Shown one piece after another: positions 9,224-20,155 of a DNA stretch of 64,000 nucleotides. The stretch comes from an uncultured Verrucomicrobiae bacterium (GTDB lineage: Bacteria; Verrucomicrobiota; Verrucomicrobiia; Chthoniobacterales; UBA10450). The position numbers and the translations under genes were made by a program. The notes beneath the pieces were generated by a model. That model was not told the origin of the DNA and ran no database searches. It saw only the letters and a program-made list of their open reading frames with translations. The DNA lies in the NCBI GenBank assembly GCA_963801815.1, contig CAWDGJ010000001.1, forward strand, positions 96,001 to 160,000. Reading direction: 5' to 3'. Each line of letters begins with the position of its first letter. The stretch's first letter is position 1.

Positions 9224-9387
9224 GAGTAATTCTTTATCAGGAAACCAGGAATGCGGCGAGCAGGGATGCCGCCGGGTAGATAGTCAGACCGCTGCGGGCA
9301 GTCGGTGAGTGAGTGGGAAGCGAACGAATCAAAACAGGAAAAAGAGGCAATTGATTTAACACCGGTCAAACGGTGTATTAGATCGAG

Positions 9388-11768
9388 ATGGCGGATGGTG
9401 AATCAGCTGACGGGGCCGAGTCGCTGCAAGAAAAAGTGCGGCCGAGCTTGCGCGCACCGGATCGAGTCGCGGCGGGAATGCACGCGTTAGTCGAAACTTT
9501 GAAATTTACCGCGCGCGAGACCGGTTTTGTTCGCGGCATCAAGGATTGGGTCAGGATCAACAAGAAAGATGGATTCGATTGCCAGAGCTGCGCCTGGCCG
9601 AGTCCGGATGAAAATCGGCATCTGTTCGAGTTTTGCGAGAACGGCGTCAAAGCGCTGACTAGTGAGGCGACCAAGAAGCACATCGGCCTTGAATTCTTTC
9701 CGACGAGCATTCAATCACCGACCTGCGCGAACAAACGGACAACTGGCTCGAACTCCAGGGACGGTTGATCCATCCAATGGTGAAGCGCGAAGGCGCGACG
9801 CATTACGAGCCGATCGAATGGAACGAAGCGTTCGAATTGATGGCGCGCGAACTGAATGCGTTGCCAACGCCGAACGCGGCCGCGTTTTACACTAGTGGAC
9901 GCACCAGCAACGAAGCGGCGTTTTTGTATCAACTGTTCGCGCGGCAATTCGGCACCAACAATCTGCCCGATTGTTCGAACATGTGTCACGAATCGAGTGG
10001 CGCGGCGCTGAGTGAAAGCATCGGCATCGGCAAAGGTTGCGTAAAGCTCGAGGACTTTGAACACGCCGACGCCATCTTCATTATTGGTCAAAATCCCGGC
10101 ACGAATCATCCGCGGATGATGACCACGCTGGAGCACGCAAAGAAAAACGGCGCCACCATCGTCGCGATCAATCCGATCCGCGAAACTGGTTTCATTTCGG
10201 TGGTGAATCCGAATCCGCAGGAATATCGCAACCCGCTCACCTTCGCGGCGAAAATGCTAGCTAATCATGGAACGCCGCTCGCCGATTTCTGGCTGCCGGT
10301 GCGCATCAACGGCGACATGGCCGCGATGCGCGGAATCATGAAAGAGATGCTCGAAGAAGAAGACCGCCATCCGGGCGTGGTGGTAGATCGACAATTCATC
10401 GAGCAATGCACCGTCGGCTTTGATGAATTCGCTGCGCACGTGCGCGCGACGCCCTGGGACCAGATCATCGAGAGCAGTGGATTAAAGCGGGAACAAATTC
10501 GCGCCGCCGCCGAAATCGCCATGCGATCGAAGCGGATCATTTGTTGTTGGGCGATGGGACTCACCCAGCACAAGAATGCGGTCGCAACGATTCAGGAGGT
10601 AATGAATTTCCTGTTGCTCGGCGGCAACATCGGCAAGCGCGGCGCCGGTCCGTGTCCGGTGCGCGGGCATTCAAATGTCCAGGGCGATCGGACGATGGGG
10701 ATTTGGGAGCGAATGAGCGATGCGTTCCTGGAAAAGCTCGCTCGCGAATTTCAATTCAATCCGCCGCGCGAACACGGCACGGACACGGTCGAAACGATCA
10801 AGAAAATGCACGAAGGAGAAATTCGGTTCTTCTTCGGCATGGGCGGCAATTTTCTTTCCGCCACCCCGGACACAGAATTCACCGCAAAAGCGCTGCAGAA
10901 GTGTCGCGTTACCGCGCATGTCTCGACCAAATTGAATCGCGCGCATCTGATCACTGGCGAGATCGCGGTCATTCTTCCTTGTCTCGGCCGATCGGAAATC
11001 GACCTCCAGGAGTCCGGCGAACAATTTGTGACGGTGGAGGATTCGATGGGTATTATCAATGCGTCGCGTGGTCACGCGAAGCCGGCGAGCGAACATTTGA
11101 AGAGTGAGCCCGCGATCGTCGCAGCTCTTGCCAAAGCGACGCTCGGGTCGCGTTCGACGGTTGATTGGGATGCCCTCGTCGGGGACTACGACCGAATTCG
11201 TGATCACATTGAGCACGTCGTAGCCGGGTTCGATGATTTCAACGCGCGAATCCGCAAAGATATCTTCTATTTGCCGAACGACGCCCGCGATCGGCGAAAA
11301 TTCAACAACAAGGAAGGCAAAGCGAAGTTCATCATCTCGGAGGTAACGCCATTCGAATTGCGGCCCGGTCAGTATTTGATGACAACGGTTCGTAGTCACG
11401 ATCAGTTTAACACCACAATTTATGGTCTGAGCGATCGCTACCGCGGCGTTTATAACGGGCGTCGCGTCATTTTCATGAACGCGGACGATATTCGGTCCGC
11501 GGGTTTGCGACAGGGGCAGCTTGTCGACCTAACGAGTTATTACAAAGACGAAACTCGTGTCGCCCGACATTTCATGGTTGCGCCGATGGAGATCGCACGC
11601 GGTTGTACGGCGACGTATTTTCCGGAAGCGAACGTACTCGTTTCGATCAACAATTCCGCCGATCGAAGCAACACGCCGGTAAGCAAGAGTGTTGTCATTG
11701 GCATCGCACCGTCGAAAGACGCAGCCGCTGGAGTTGATCGGATTCTGCGCGAAGCGGCGCAGGTCTAA
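9388..11768 (+). pseudogene. FdhF/YdeP-family molybdopterin oxidoreductase, frameshifted near 9700 (possible sequencing error)
   Basis: GFDCQSCAWP...EFCENG in one frame; continues as DEHSITDL...LELQGRL and YTSGRTSNEAAF...NNLPDCSNMCHESSG, RSHDQFNTTIYG in another. Confidence 0.85.
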
Positions 11769-12583
11769 TCTAGAATCACCCGTTCTACGTGCGAGTAAAT
11801 ATTGAAGGACGGCGCGCGCAAGAAGCCGACGAGCGTTTGATTGCTGTCGCGCGCGAATTCCATCGCCAGACTCGACGGCGCGGAAACGGAAGCGACGATC
11901 GGAATTCCGGCAGCTAGCGCTTTCTGCATGATCTCGAACGACGCGCGACCGCTCACCAGTAAGATGTGACGATCCAGCGGGAGGTTTTGGTCGAGAAACG
12001 CGCGACCGATCACTTTGTCGACCGCGTTGTGGCGACCGATGTCTTCGCGAACAATCAGCGGTTTACCGTTCGAATCGAAGATTCCGGCAGCGTGAATTCC
12101 GCCCGTGCGGGCGAAATCAGATTGATGTTTGCGCAACAAATCCGGAAGCGAGAGCAGCGTTTGAATCAAGATCCTCAGCGATGTCGACGCGATTGGTGAG
12201 AAGTTTTGCCGGATCGCGTCGATGTTTTCTTTGCCGCACAATCCGCAGCTGCTGGAAATTGTGCCGAAGCGTTGCGCGGAGTTAGGATTAAGTTTTGTTC
12301 CGGCGGCGAGATCGATAACGATGATGTTTTCGCGATTGCGTGCCGCTTCCGGTCGCGAAAACTTTAGGATTTGGTCGCGATTACGAACGATTGCTTCCGA
12401 AAGCAGGAATCCGGCAGCAAGTTCTTCGTCCTGACCTGGTGTGCGCATCGTTGTAGCGATGGCTTTGTCGCCAATTCGAATTTCAAGTGGCTCTTCAATT
12501 GTCAGCTCGTCGCGCTGATATTCGAGGCTGCCGTCTGATCGACGGCGAATGATTTGTCCTGGTCCAATTCCGTCCGCTTTCAT
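11765..12583 (-). CDS. fdhD: Formate dehydrogenase accessory sulfurtransferase
   Basis: EEPLEIR..TMRTPG..EELAAGFLLSE, SSCGLCG, TGGIHAA, REDIGRHNAVDK, SGRASFE; start trimmed to MKADG. Confidence 0.95.
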   Translation of the reverse strand: MKADGIGPGQIIRRRSDGSLEYQRDELTIEEPLEIRIGDKAIATTMRTPGQDEELAAGFLLSEAIVRNRDQILKFSRPEAARNRENIIVIDLAAGTKLNPNSAQRFGTISSSCGLCGKENIDAIRQNFSPIASTSLRILIQTLLSLPDLLRKHQSDFARTGGIHAAGIFDSNGKPLIVREDIGRHNAVDKVIGRAFLDQNLPLDRHILLVSGRASFEIMQKALAAGIPIVASVSAPSSLAMEFARDSNQTLVGFLRAPSFNIYSHVERVILD

Positions 12584-12613
12584 CACGCCAACCTCAATGA
12601 TATCATTCGCGCG

Positions 12614-13093
12614 GTGGAAATCTGTCATCTTTACATTTCGGCCGGCCATAATTTTGTTGGACATCATGGTCGCGAACCGGACCAATTTCCGATGATCGAG
12701 GTTCCGGAAGTGGAATGCGTCGCCGGTCGGGGTCTGCGCGGCGATCGCTTTTTTGATTACGTGGAAGATTACAAAGGCCAGATCACATTTTTCTCGCTCG
12801 ACGTTTTCGACGAACTCTGCGGCACATTGCAAGTGGAGGGTGTCGGTCCAAGTAGCGTTCGGCGAAATGTTTTCGTTCGTGATGTTGATCTTAACACGTT
12901 GATTGGAAAGGATTTTGAGATTCAAGGAGTTTGCTTTCACGGAACCGAGGAAAGCAGGCCGTGTCATTGGATGAATCGCGCGATTAAATCCGGTGCGCAG
13001 GAATTTCTTCGCGGACGCGGTGGATTGCGTGCGCGCATTTTGACTGATGGCATTCTTCGATCGACTTCGCGCGTGACCGCGGTGACCGAATGA
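12614..13093 (+). CDS. MOSC domain protein
   Basis: GRGLRGDRF, RRNV, RPCHWM, GRGGLRARIL..G; GTG start. Confidence 0.85.
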   Translation: MEICHLYISAGHNFVGHHGREPDQFPMIEVPEVECVAGRGLRGDRFFDYVEDYKGQITFFSLDVFDELCGTLQVEGVGPSSVRRNVFVRDVDLNTLIGKDFEIQGVCFHGTEESRPCHWMNRAIKSGAQEFLRGRGGLRARILTDGILRSTSRVTAVTE

Positions 13094-13659
13094 CGATTAG
13101 CGCGGTGCTCCTCGCTGGCGGCAGGTCAAGCCGCATGGGGCAGGACAAGGCGACGATGCTGTTTCGGGGCGAGGCGCTTTGGAAAAATCAGCTGGAACTG
13201 TTACGCCGTCTCCAGCCGGAAGAACTTTTTGTGTCGGGGCAAACGGATCCACCGTGGCGTCCCGTGGATGTCGAGTTTGTCCCCGACGTTCAACCGTCGC
13301 GCGGCCCGCTTAGCGGAATTGCGGCGACACTGTCACGGATTTCTGGTGATTATTTACTGGTGCTGGCAATCGACACGCCGTTCGTCACTGAAAATTATCT
13401 TCGCGATCTTTCCACACGAACGGCGCCAGGCTGCGGTGTCGTTCCACTGATCGAAAACCGGGCCGAGCCTCTCGCGGCAATCTATCCACGCGGTGTCCGC
13501 GCCGATTTCGAAGCCGCGTTGGCGGGAAGCGACTTCGCACTTCAGCCATTGATCCGAAACATGATCGGGCTCGGGAAATTGCGAGCAATTGAAGTTACTC
13601 CTGAAGAAATTGCGCTTTTTCGCAACCTCAACCAACCGGGTGACTTCAGCACCGGCTAA
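13090..13659 (+). CDS. mobA: Molybdenum cofactor guanylyltransferase
   Basis: VLLAGGRSSRMGQDKA, GPLSGI, EPLAAIY, NLNQP. Confidence 0.9.
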   Translation: MTISAVLLAGGRSSRMGQDKATMLFRGEALWKNQLELLRRLQPEELFVSGQTDPPWRPVDVEFVPDVQPSRGPLSGIAATLSRISGDYLLVLAIDTPFVTENYLRDLSTRTAPGCGVVPLIENRAEPLAAIYPRGVRADFEAALAGSDFALQPLIRNMIGLGKLRAIEVTPEEIALFRNLNQPGDFSTG

Positions 13660-13698
13660 TCAGGTGGCATTAGGGCTGCTTAGAACGGCCTTTGTCCA

Positions 13699-14118
13699 AT
13701 GAGAAAATTCGAACCACTCCCGGACGAACTGCAGCCAAGCATCCACAATCTTGAGCTCAAAGCCCTCCTCGTCGTGGACGATGACAAACAGCTGGCCTCC
13801 GCTCTTCAGTGGATTTTGGCGGACGAGAATTTCCTGGTCGACATCGCGTTCGACGGCGAGGAAGCGATGCTGAAGGTCAAGGCGCACGAATACGACGCGG
13901 TGATCTGCGACTTGAAGATGCCGAAGTTGCGCGGTGACGAATTTTATCTCAAGGCGAAAGACGTCCGCCCGTCGTTGGCCGACCGTTTCATTTTTATCAC
14001 CGGATTCGCGGCAGATCCGCACATCGCCCTTTTCTTTAACAAGCACGAGGTGAAATATCTGGTGAAACCGTTTTCGATTTCGGTGCTGATCGATTGCGTA
14101 AAAACGCTTCTTAGTTAG
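13699..14118 (+). CDS. Single-domain response regulator
   Basis: LLVVDDD, VICDLKMP, FITG, LVKPF. Confidence 0.9.
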   Translation: MRKFEPLPDELQPSIHNLELKALLVVDDDKQLASALQWILADENFLVDIAFDGEEAMLKVKAHEYDAVICDLKMPKLRGDEFYLKAKDVRPSLADRFIFITGFAADPHIALFFNKHEVKYLVKPFSISVLIDCVKTLLS

Positions 14119-14196
14119 TCAGGTCGGCCAGTCTATTTCTTCTGGCCGATTACGCTGGCGTTCTCGTGCTAATGTTTTTCTGGTGGAACGAATCGG

Positions 14197-15468
14197 CTAC
14201 TGATGCCGCTTCAGGATCTGCACAAAACGCCAGACTTCCTCGAAGGTGTTGTAAAGCGGCGTCGGCGCCACGCGAATGACGTCCGGTTCGCGAAAATCGC
14301 ATTTCACGCCGGCGACTCCGAGTTCCTTGAACAATTCCTTAGGGCGTTCGTGCGTTAGGATCGACAACTGGCAGCCACGCGCATTGGCAGCTGTCGGAGT
14401 AATGATCGTGAATTTCTTCGAGCCGATTTCGTTCAATAGAGACTCCAGATAGCCGGTCAGCTTCGTCGACTTCGCGCGAAGTGGTTCCATTCCGCCGGCC
14501 TGGTCGAAAACGGCTAGCGAAGCGCGTAACGGAGCCATGGAAAAAATCGGCGGATTGCTCACTTGCCACGCATCCGCAGATGCCACCGGAATGAATTCTG
14601 GTTCCAACTGCATTTGAAAACGCGTGTTTGGATCGTTTCCGAACCAACCGGCTAAGCGTGGGAGTTTCGTGTTGGTCGCATGCCGTTCGTGCAGATATGC
14701 GCCGGCAATCGCGCCCGGTCCGGCGTTGAGATATTTGTAAGAACACCAAACAGCGAAATCGATATTCCAGTCGTGCATCGAGAGCGGCACGTTGCCGACC
14801 GCGTGAGCGAGATCGAATCCGACGGTTATACCGTGCTTCTGGGCCGCTTTCGTGATTGCGGGCATGTCGAACAATTGTCCGGTAAAAAAATTAACACCGG
14901 CGATCCATACAATCGCGAGCGTGTCGTGATTCTTTTCGATCAGATCGAGAATGGCGTCGGTTCGCACCGTGGATTCACCTTTGCGCGGACTCGCCAGGAC
15001 CAGCGCATCTTTCGGATCGAGTCCGTGATGGCGGATTTGTGTCTTGATCGCGTAGGTGTCGGATGGAAACGCCGGGTCCTCCATCAGGATTTTGAAGCGC
15101 GATTTGGTCGGTCGATAAAACGTCGCCATCATCAGGTGCAAGTTCACGGTGAGGCTGTTCATGCAGATGACCTCGACCGGTTTTGCGCCAACGATCCGAG
15201 CCATCGGATTGCGCAACGGTTCGTGATAGGTGTACCACGGCGTTTTCGCTTCGAGGTGCGCGTCGACGCCGAGCCGGGCCCAATCCTCCAAGTCTTGATC
15301 GACCAATTCCCGGGCTAACTTCGGCATCAAGCCCAACGAATTGCCCGCGAAATAAATCAGCGGTTTGCCGTCTTTGCCAAGCGGCAGATGGAACTTTTCG
15401 CGAAATGAACGCAACGGATCCTCAGCGTCGAGCTGTTTTGCGAAATCTTCGTCAGCGGAAAACTGCAT
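14197..15468 (-). CDS. kynU: Kynureninase
   Basis: YFAGNSLGL, MNSLTVNLHLMM, AFPSD, DLAHAVGN, WCSYKYLNAGPG, RGCQLS. Confidence 0.95.
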   Translation of the reverse strand: MQFSADEDFAKQLDAEDPLRSFREKFHLPLGKDGKPLIYFAGNSLGLMPKLARELVDQDLEDWARLGVDAHLEAKTPWYTYHEPLRNPMARIVGAKPVEVICMNSLTVNLHLMMATFYRPTKSRFKILMEDPAFPSDTYAIKTQIRHHGLDPKDALVLASPRKGESTVRTDAILDLIEKNHDTLAIVWIAGVNFFTGQLFDMPAITKAAQKHGITVGFDLAHAVGNVPLSMHDWNIDFAVWCSYKYLNAGPGAIAGAYLHERHATNTKLPRLAGWFGNDPNTRFQMQLEPEFIPVASADAWQVSNPPIFSMAPLRASLAVFDQAGGMEPLRAKSTKLTGYLESLLNEIGSKKFTIITPTAANARGCQLSILTHERPKELFKELGVAGVKCDFREPDVIRVAPTPLYNTFEEVWRFVQILKRHQ

Positions 15469-15500
15469 CGCGACAACTCTCAACACTCACCTCTCAACTA

Positions 15501-15970
15501 TCAACTCTCTTTGGGCATTTCCATGAACTCGATGGTCGTCCCATCGGGATCGCGCACGTAAACCACGCGCTTGCCTGCGTTCGGTCCGGAGGTCAACGAT
15601 TGCGGCTCGCCCGCGGCTTTCCAACCGGATGTTGCAATCTTCTGCAAAAGCGCGTCGAGATTTTCAACCGTCAAGCGCGACGTGGACATGACCGAGGTCG
15701 CACGGCCGAAGAGCGTTATTTTTCTTTCGATCCGCAGGCGCGAGATACTCGAGTAGTTCGATCTTGTGGCCGCCGGGCGTTTTTACGACCGCCAGCTTGA
15801 GCTCGGCTACCTTTGACTCCGGTGATTTGTTCCGCGATCTCGCCGCCTTGCTGCGTTTGATGTGAAAACTCGAACCCGAGAACGTCGCGCCAAAACGCGA
15901 GCGAGCACTCAAGGTTTGAAACCGTAATGCCGGTGTGGTCGGTGCCGAGGATTTTAAAGTTCTTGCTCAT
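15501..15970 (-). pseudogene. VOC/glyoxalase family protein split by two +1 frameshifts (~15809, ~15675)
   Basis: HTGITVSNLE..LAFWRDVLG / GHKIELLEY...HVAL / VYVRDPDGTTIEFME fall in three consecutive frames. Confidence 0.85.
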
Positions 15971-15995
15971 TCTCTTACTCGTAATCGAATATCAG

Positions 15996-16049
15996 ATGTT
16001 TGACGCGAGGGCGCGTCAAACAGCACGCGAGGCGCGTGCGCTCCCCAGA
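15996..16049. repeat. GGAG-variant REP-like double hairpin
   Basis: TGTTTGACGCG-AGGG-CGCGTCAAACA followed by GCACGCG-AGG-CGCGTGC-GCTCCCCA. Confidence 0.6.
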
Positions 16050-16050
16050 T

Positions 16051-16476
16051 TTATCCGACTGCGGCGATCACCTTCAGCTCAATCGCGATCGGCGTCGGCA
16101 GCGCGTTGACCTCGATTGTGGTGCGGGTCGGGTTGGGTTTGCCCGGGCCTGCGAAATATTCGGTGTAGAGTTTGTTGTAGATCGGAAAATCTTTTCTCAT
16201 GTTCGTGAGAAAGACGGTCACGTCGATGATGTCCTGCCAGGTCGCGCCGGCATCCTCCAGGACGAGACGCACGTTTTCAAAAACCGCGCGGCATTGTGTT
16301 TCGATGTCATAGCTGACGATGTTGCCAGTCGGATCGAGAGTGACGCCCGGAATTTCTTTGCTGTCCCGTTTACGTGGTCCGATTCCGGAAAGAAACAAGA
16401 ATTCGCCCACGCGCTTGGCATGTGGAAACGCGCCGACCGGTTTGGGCGCTCGCTCGCTCTCAAATGATTGGTTCAT
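16051..16476 (-). CDS. RidA-family protein, probable 2-aminomuconate deaminase
   Basis: APKPVGAFPHAKRVG..LFLSGIGPR...IPGV...PTRTTIEV.ALPTPIAIELK; pathway context. Confidence 0.85.
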   Translation of the reverse strand: MNQSFESERAPKPVGAFPHAKRVGEFLFLSGIGPRKRDSKEIPGVTLDPTGNIVSYDIETQCRAVFENVRLVLEDAGATWQDIIDVTVFLTNMRKDFPIYNKLYTEYFAGPGKPNPTRTTIEVNALPTPIAIELKVIAAVG

Positions 16477-17084
16477 TTTAGTCGCCGGATAATTGCAAAC
16501 CACGCTTTCGGCCCGCCCTCGGAGAACAGTTCCTTGAACGCCGGATTCACTTCGACGCGGACTGCGCCGATCGATTCAATATCCCAGCATTGGGCGAAAG
16601 CGTTACGCAATTCCTGCTGCGACACTCGCCGGGGACCTTCGGTTCCGGGTTCCTCATCGCTGAAACACATCAGGAATAGTTGTCCGCGTGGTTCGAGCAC
16701 ATGCGCCAGGCCTTGGACGTAGCGGCGCCGATCTTCGTCGGACAGCGCGTGAAATAGTCCGGAGTCGAGAACCGTGCTGAACCGCGCGTCCCAATCGGCG
16801 AGTGTGAGCGCATCCTTCACCAGGAACTCTGCGTCCAGTTTTTGTTCAGCCGCTTTGGCTCGAGCTCGCCGGATCGCCTCTTTTGCAAAATCAATGCCCG
16901 TAACGCTGCAACCGCGTGCGGCGAAGAAGAGCGCGGTATCCCCGGTTCCGCAACCAGTGTCCAGCACTGGACTCGTGATGCGATCACCGATTTCGGTAAA
17001 AGGCCGCTGTGGTTTGCCGATATCCCAGGGTGGTTCGCCGGCGTAGGATTCTTCGAATTCAGCACGATCATGTACGCTATTCAT
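16473..17084 (-). CDS. Class I SAM-dependent methyltransferase
   Basis: PPWDIGKPQ, VLDTGCGTG, VLDSGLFH. Confidence 0.9.
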   Translation of the reverse strand: MNSVHDRAEFEESYAGEPPWDIGKPQRPFTEIGDRITSPVLDTGCGTGDTALFFAARGCSVTGIDFAKEAIRRARAKAAEQKLDAEFLVKDALTLADWDARFSTVLDSGLFHALSDEDRRRYVQGLAHVLEPRGQLFLMCFSDEEPGTEGPRRVSQQELRNAFAQCWDIESIGAVRVEVNPAFKELFSEGGPKAWFAIIRRLK

Positions 17085-17141
17085 CCTGGTAAGCCGGTGA
17101 ACAACTCCGGCGCAGTTTTGCTTTTAAATGCTTTTCTCAAA

Positions 17142-17603
17142 CTAATGGAAATATTTCTTCAACAGCGACCAATAATTCTCGTCCCAGCCTTGAGCGAGAT
17201 GATCGTGCAAACCTTCCGGAAAACCGGTGTGATCGAGGACCAGATGCGTTCCCGTCCCGTTTGGTTTCAAATCAAATCGCGCGATTGACCAAACACCTTC
17301 GGGCCAGGTCACAACGCGCCAGGCTTGCACGATCCGCTGATTGGGAACGAGCTCGAGATTGCGCGCGATGATATGGCCTTTGAAAAGTGAAAACGCCCCG
17401 CCGACATCGCGATTAATCTCCGCGGCTCGGCCTGAAAACTCCGTGAACTGTTTTGAATCGAGAAGCGCTTCGTAAACTTTTTGCGGACTGGCGTTCAAAT
17501 CGATCTCCTGATGAATCACGATCGATTTATCGACTTGGGCGAAAGCGAGACTGGCCAGTACTAGAGTAAGTAATGCGGTCAGGCTGGGAATTTTAGTCTT
17601 CAT
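17142..17603 (-). CDS. Secreted SRPBCC (AHSA1-like) domain protein
   Basis: Signal peptide; ASPQKVYEALLD...GGAFSLF...LVPNQRIVQAWR...GWDENYW. Confidence 0.85.
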   Translation of the reverse strand: MKTKIPSLTALLTLVLASLAFAQVDKSIVIHQEIDLNASPQKVYEALLDSKQFTEFSGRAAEINRDVGGAFSLFKGHIIARNLELVPNQRIVQAWRVVTWPEGVWSIARFDLKPNGTGTHLVLDHTGFPEGLHDHLAQGWDENYWSLLKKYFH

Positions 17604-17620
17604 GCCAGATCGCATTCAGC

Positions 17621-17686
17621 GTTGTAGCGGCGTTTGTGTCAAACGCCGAACTAAAGATAGGTGCTTGGCACAAGCACCTCTACAAC
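17621..17686. repeat. GTAG-type REP doublet
   Basis: GTTGTAGCGGCGTTTG..CAAACGCCG ... AGGTGCTTGGCACAAGCACCTCTACAAC. Confidence 0.85.
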
Positions 17687-17983
17687 TCATCCTCCGGCGA
17701 TCGCGCCCATGACGAAAAACGGTTCGTCGCCTTTGACGATCACGTCAGGCAGGGGATTGTCCGGCGACTCGTGAGAAATGTCTTCGCCGCAAGCAAAGAA
17801 GCGAACCAGCGGCCGGCGTTTCAACGTTCCGTGTTCGCGAATCGTGCCGCGTAAAACTGGATATTTTGATTCAAGCGCGTCGAGTAACGAGGTGACCGTC
17901 GCCGAGCCATTGAGATCAACGGTCACTTCGTCTCCGACTTTCGCCAGGGTGCGGAGATGATGCGGTAAAACGACGCGAATCAT
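17687..17983 (-). CDS. MoaD/ThiS family ubiquitin-like protein
   Basis: Beta-grasp-like sequence ending in AIAGG. Confidence 0.85.
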   Translation of the reverse strand: MIRVVLPHHLRTLAKVGDEVTVDLNGSATVTSLLDALESKYPVLRGTIREHGTLKRRPLVRFFACGEDISHESPDNPLPDVIVKGDEPFFVMGAIAGG

Positions 17984-17990
17984 ATCTCTA

Positions 17991-18136
17991 AAATTCGAAA
18001 TTCGAAATCCGAAGCTCGAAACAAGCTCGAAATTCGAATATCAAATAACCAAAGCGACGCGCAGGTCTGTTTTGAACTTGCCGTGTTTTCCGTCATTCGG
18101 ACTTGTTTCGGATTTCGTGCTTCGATATTCGGATTT
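17991..18136. repeat. Inverted tandem-heptamer element (AAATTCG/AAATCCG ... CGGATTT/CGATATT)
   Basis: Arms AAATTCGAAATCCGAAGCTCGAAACAA and TTGTTTCGGATTTCGTGCTTCGATATTCGGATTT; homologous to 45681-45825. Confidence 0.85.
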
Positions 18137-19301
18137 ACTTCAGAGTTTGAGCTTCAACTGAAAGCACTGCCGGCAAGTCGCGCACGATTGGGAACCACGA
18201 ATCGCCCGAATCGGAAGATCCGTAAACCTGTCCGCCGGTTGTGCCGAAATAAATGCCGCACGGATCGAGCGAATCGACCGACATGGCGTCACGCAGCACG
18301 TTCACGTAACAATCTTTCTGTGGCAGACCCTTGGTAAGCTCTTCCCATTTGTTCCCGCCGCTGCGGCTTCGATAGACGCGCAGTTTTCCTTCGAGCGGGT
18401 AATGTTCCGAATCACTCTTGATCGGCACAACGTAAATTGTCTCCGGCTCGTGCGCGTGCACATCGACTGGGAACCCGAAATCAGTCGGCAAATTTCCGCT
18501 CACCTCTGTCCACGAATCGCCGCCGTCATCGCTTCGCATCACGTCCCAATGTTTTTGCATAAAGAGTGTGTTCGGCTTCGAGGGATGCATCGCGATCCGA
18601 TGCACGCAATGTCCCACCTCGGCAGTTGGATCGGGAATATATTGCGAGTGCAAACCTTTGTTGATCGGCTTCCAGGTCTTGCCGGCGTCATCAGTTCGAA
18701 ACGCGCCCGCTGCTGAAATTGCGACAAACATTCGCTTCGGATTTTTCGGGTCGATCAAAATCGTGTGGAGACACATTCCGCCTGCGCCGGGTTGCCAGCG
18801 CGGACCGGTATCGTGTTTGCGAAGACCGGAAAGCTCGCTCCAGGTTTTACCGCCGTCTTTCGATTCGAACAGCGCCGCGTCTTCGACTCCGGCGTAAACA
18901 TGATCAGCATTATCGAGCGCGGGCTCGAGATGCCATACGCGTTTGAATTCCCACGGATGCTGCGTGCCGTCGTACCACATGTGTGTGCCGGGGATTCCGT
19001 CGTAGACGAATTTGTTGCTCTCGCCTTTCGGCATTCCGCCTTCGCCTTGCAATTCCTCGGGGCTGCTGCCCGGCGTTTCCCAAGTTTTGCCGCCGTCGTT
19101 CGATCGCTGAATGATCTGTCCGAACCAACCGCTGGTTTGCGACGCGTAGATCCGGTCGGGGTCAACCGGCGACCCTTTCATGTGATAAATTTCCCAGCCG
19201 GCAAAATGCGGTCCGTCCACCTTCCAATCTTTGCGTTTCGCGTCTGACGTGAGAACGAACGCGCCTTTCCGTGTGCCGACCAGAACTCGAATTCCGCTCA
19301 T
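18135..19301 (-). CDS. BNR/Asp-box beta-propeller (sialidase-like) protein
   Basis: Repeated SxDGGxTW Asp boxes; [11 protein letters not shown]-terminus; adjacent to a MoaD-like gene. Confidence 0.85.
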   Translation of the reverse strand: MSGIRVLVGTRKGAFVLTSDAKRKDWKVDGPHFAGWEIYHMKGSPVDPDRIYASQTSGWFGQIIQRSNDGGKTWETPGSSPEELQGEGGMPKGESNKFVYDGIPGTHMWYDGTQHPWEFKRVWHLEPALDNADHVYAGVEDAALFESKDGGKTWSELSGLRKHDTGPRWQPGAGGMCLHTILIDPKNPKRMFVAISAAGAFRTDDAGKTWKPINKGLHSQYIPDPTAEVGHCVHRIAMHPSKPNTLFMQKHWDVMRSDDGGDSWTEVSGNLPTDFGFPVDVHAHEPETIYVVPIKSDSEHYPLEGKLRVYRSRSGGNKWEELTKGLPQKDCYVNVLRDAMSVDSLDPCGIYFGTTGGQVYGSSDSGDSWFPIVRDLPAVLSVEAQTLK

Positions 19302-19313
19302 GATTGAACCTTT

Positions 19314-19342
19314 AACCACGGATTACACGGATGAAAACGGAT
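19314..19342. repeat. AACCACGGATTACACGGAT-type nonamer repeat element
   Basis: AACCACGGATTACACGGATGAAAACGGAT; near-identical copy at 24606 and a related one at 24242-24298. Confidence 0.75.
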
Positions 19343-19545
19343 ATATTTTCTCAACAATTAACTCCTTGGCACGCCGTAGGACAGGGCGAAGGCGGCTCAA
19401 CCATCAACTTCTGAGCAGTGACGGATCGCGCGGTGAAAATTGCAGTTGCTGGAGCTGCGCTTTCCCCAAGGGCTGATCTCCGGCCGGGTTCAAGGAACTA
19501 CTTTATGCTTGCAAAAGAGGCTCGGACTCCTCAGACCGTAAGTTT

Positions 19546-20139
19546 ATGAAACCCGTTCGAGCAACCAAGTATCTATTATTAGGGGCACTCGGGGTGGTCT
19601 CTATCGTAGCCTGCGCAACGGTCGGCCGATCGACAGGCCCGATAGAGTTCGGCGACTATTACGCGGTTATCACCCCAGACGCGAAGGTATCGCAGAGCGA
19701 TTGTGACGCACTTAACCGAGTGTTAAGCAAACATCACAAAATTATCTACCGGATTGAGACGTTCAAAAACGGCAACCTTGTCGGAACACGGGGACGGTTG
19801 CCGGAGAAATGTATGCGCGAGGGCCTTGTAGCCGAGGTTGCCGAGAAGGCGAAGGCCACTGGATTTACGGGATGCGCTCTCCAGGCGGGAATGACCAGCT
19901 CGACGCGTAAAATTCCAGGAGGCACGAGCTCGACTCATCCCACGCCTTCTCCCGTAGCCGGGACGAGTTCAACTCATCCAACGCCCTCTCCGGTCGGCCA
20001 GACTAGCTCAACTCACCCGACCAGCTCGACCCATCCTTGCCCGGACATGGGAAGTTCCACCGCCCGCAAATTGCAGGAGGAAGCGGAGGCGATGATGGAA
20101 GAGATCAAGCCGATCCTGGAGAAATACAACAAGCGATAG
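19546..20139 (+). CDS. Hypothetical lipoprotein with internal TSSTHP repeats (candidate precursor/substrate)
   Basis: Lipobox IVAC; six SST motifs at 19894-20061; first gene of an operon with HTTM genes. Confidence 0.8.
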   Translation: MKPVRATKYLLLGALGVVSIVACATVGRSTGPIEFGDYYAVITPDAKVSQSDCDALNRVLSKHHKIIYRIETFKNGNLVGTRGRLPEKCMREGLVAEVAEKAKATGFTGCALQAGMTSSTRKIPGGTSSTHPTPSPVAGTSSTHPTPSPVGQTSSTHPTSSTHPCPDMGSSTARKLQEEAEAMMEEIKPILEKYNKR

Positions 20140-20155
20140 TCCATTTCGGCAGCCG

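Noticed and set aside
9388..11768. Selenocysteine recoding or programmed frameshift in the FdhF-like gene
   Set aside because: The catalytic region has Cys (CSNMCH), the break is a frame change rather than an in-frame TGA, and no slippery heptamer is evident.
12584..12967. N-terminal extension of FdhD in the ORF track
   Set aside because: Overlaps the MOSC gene on the opposite strand; FdhD similarity starts at MKADG.
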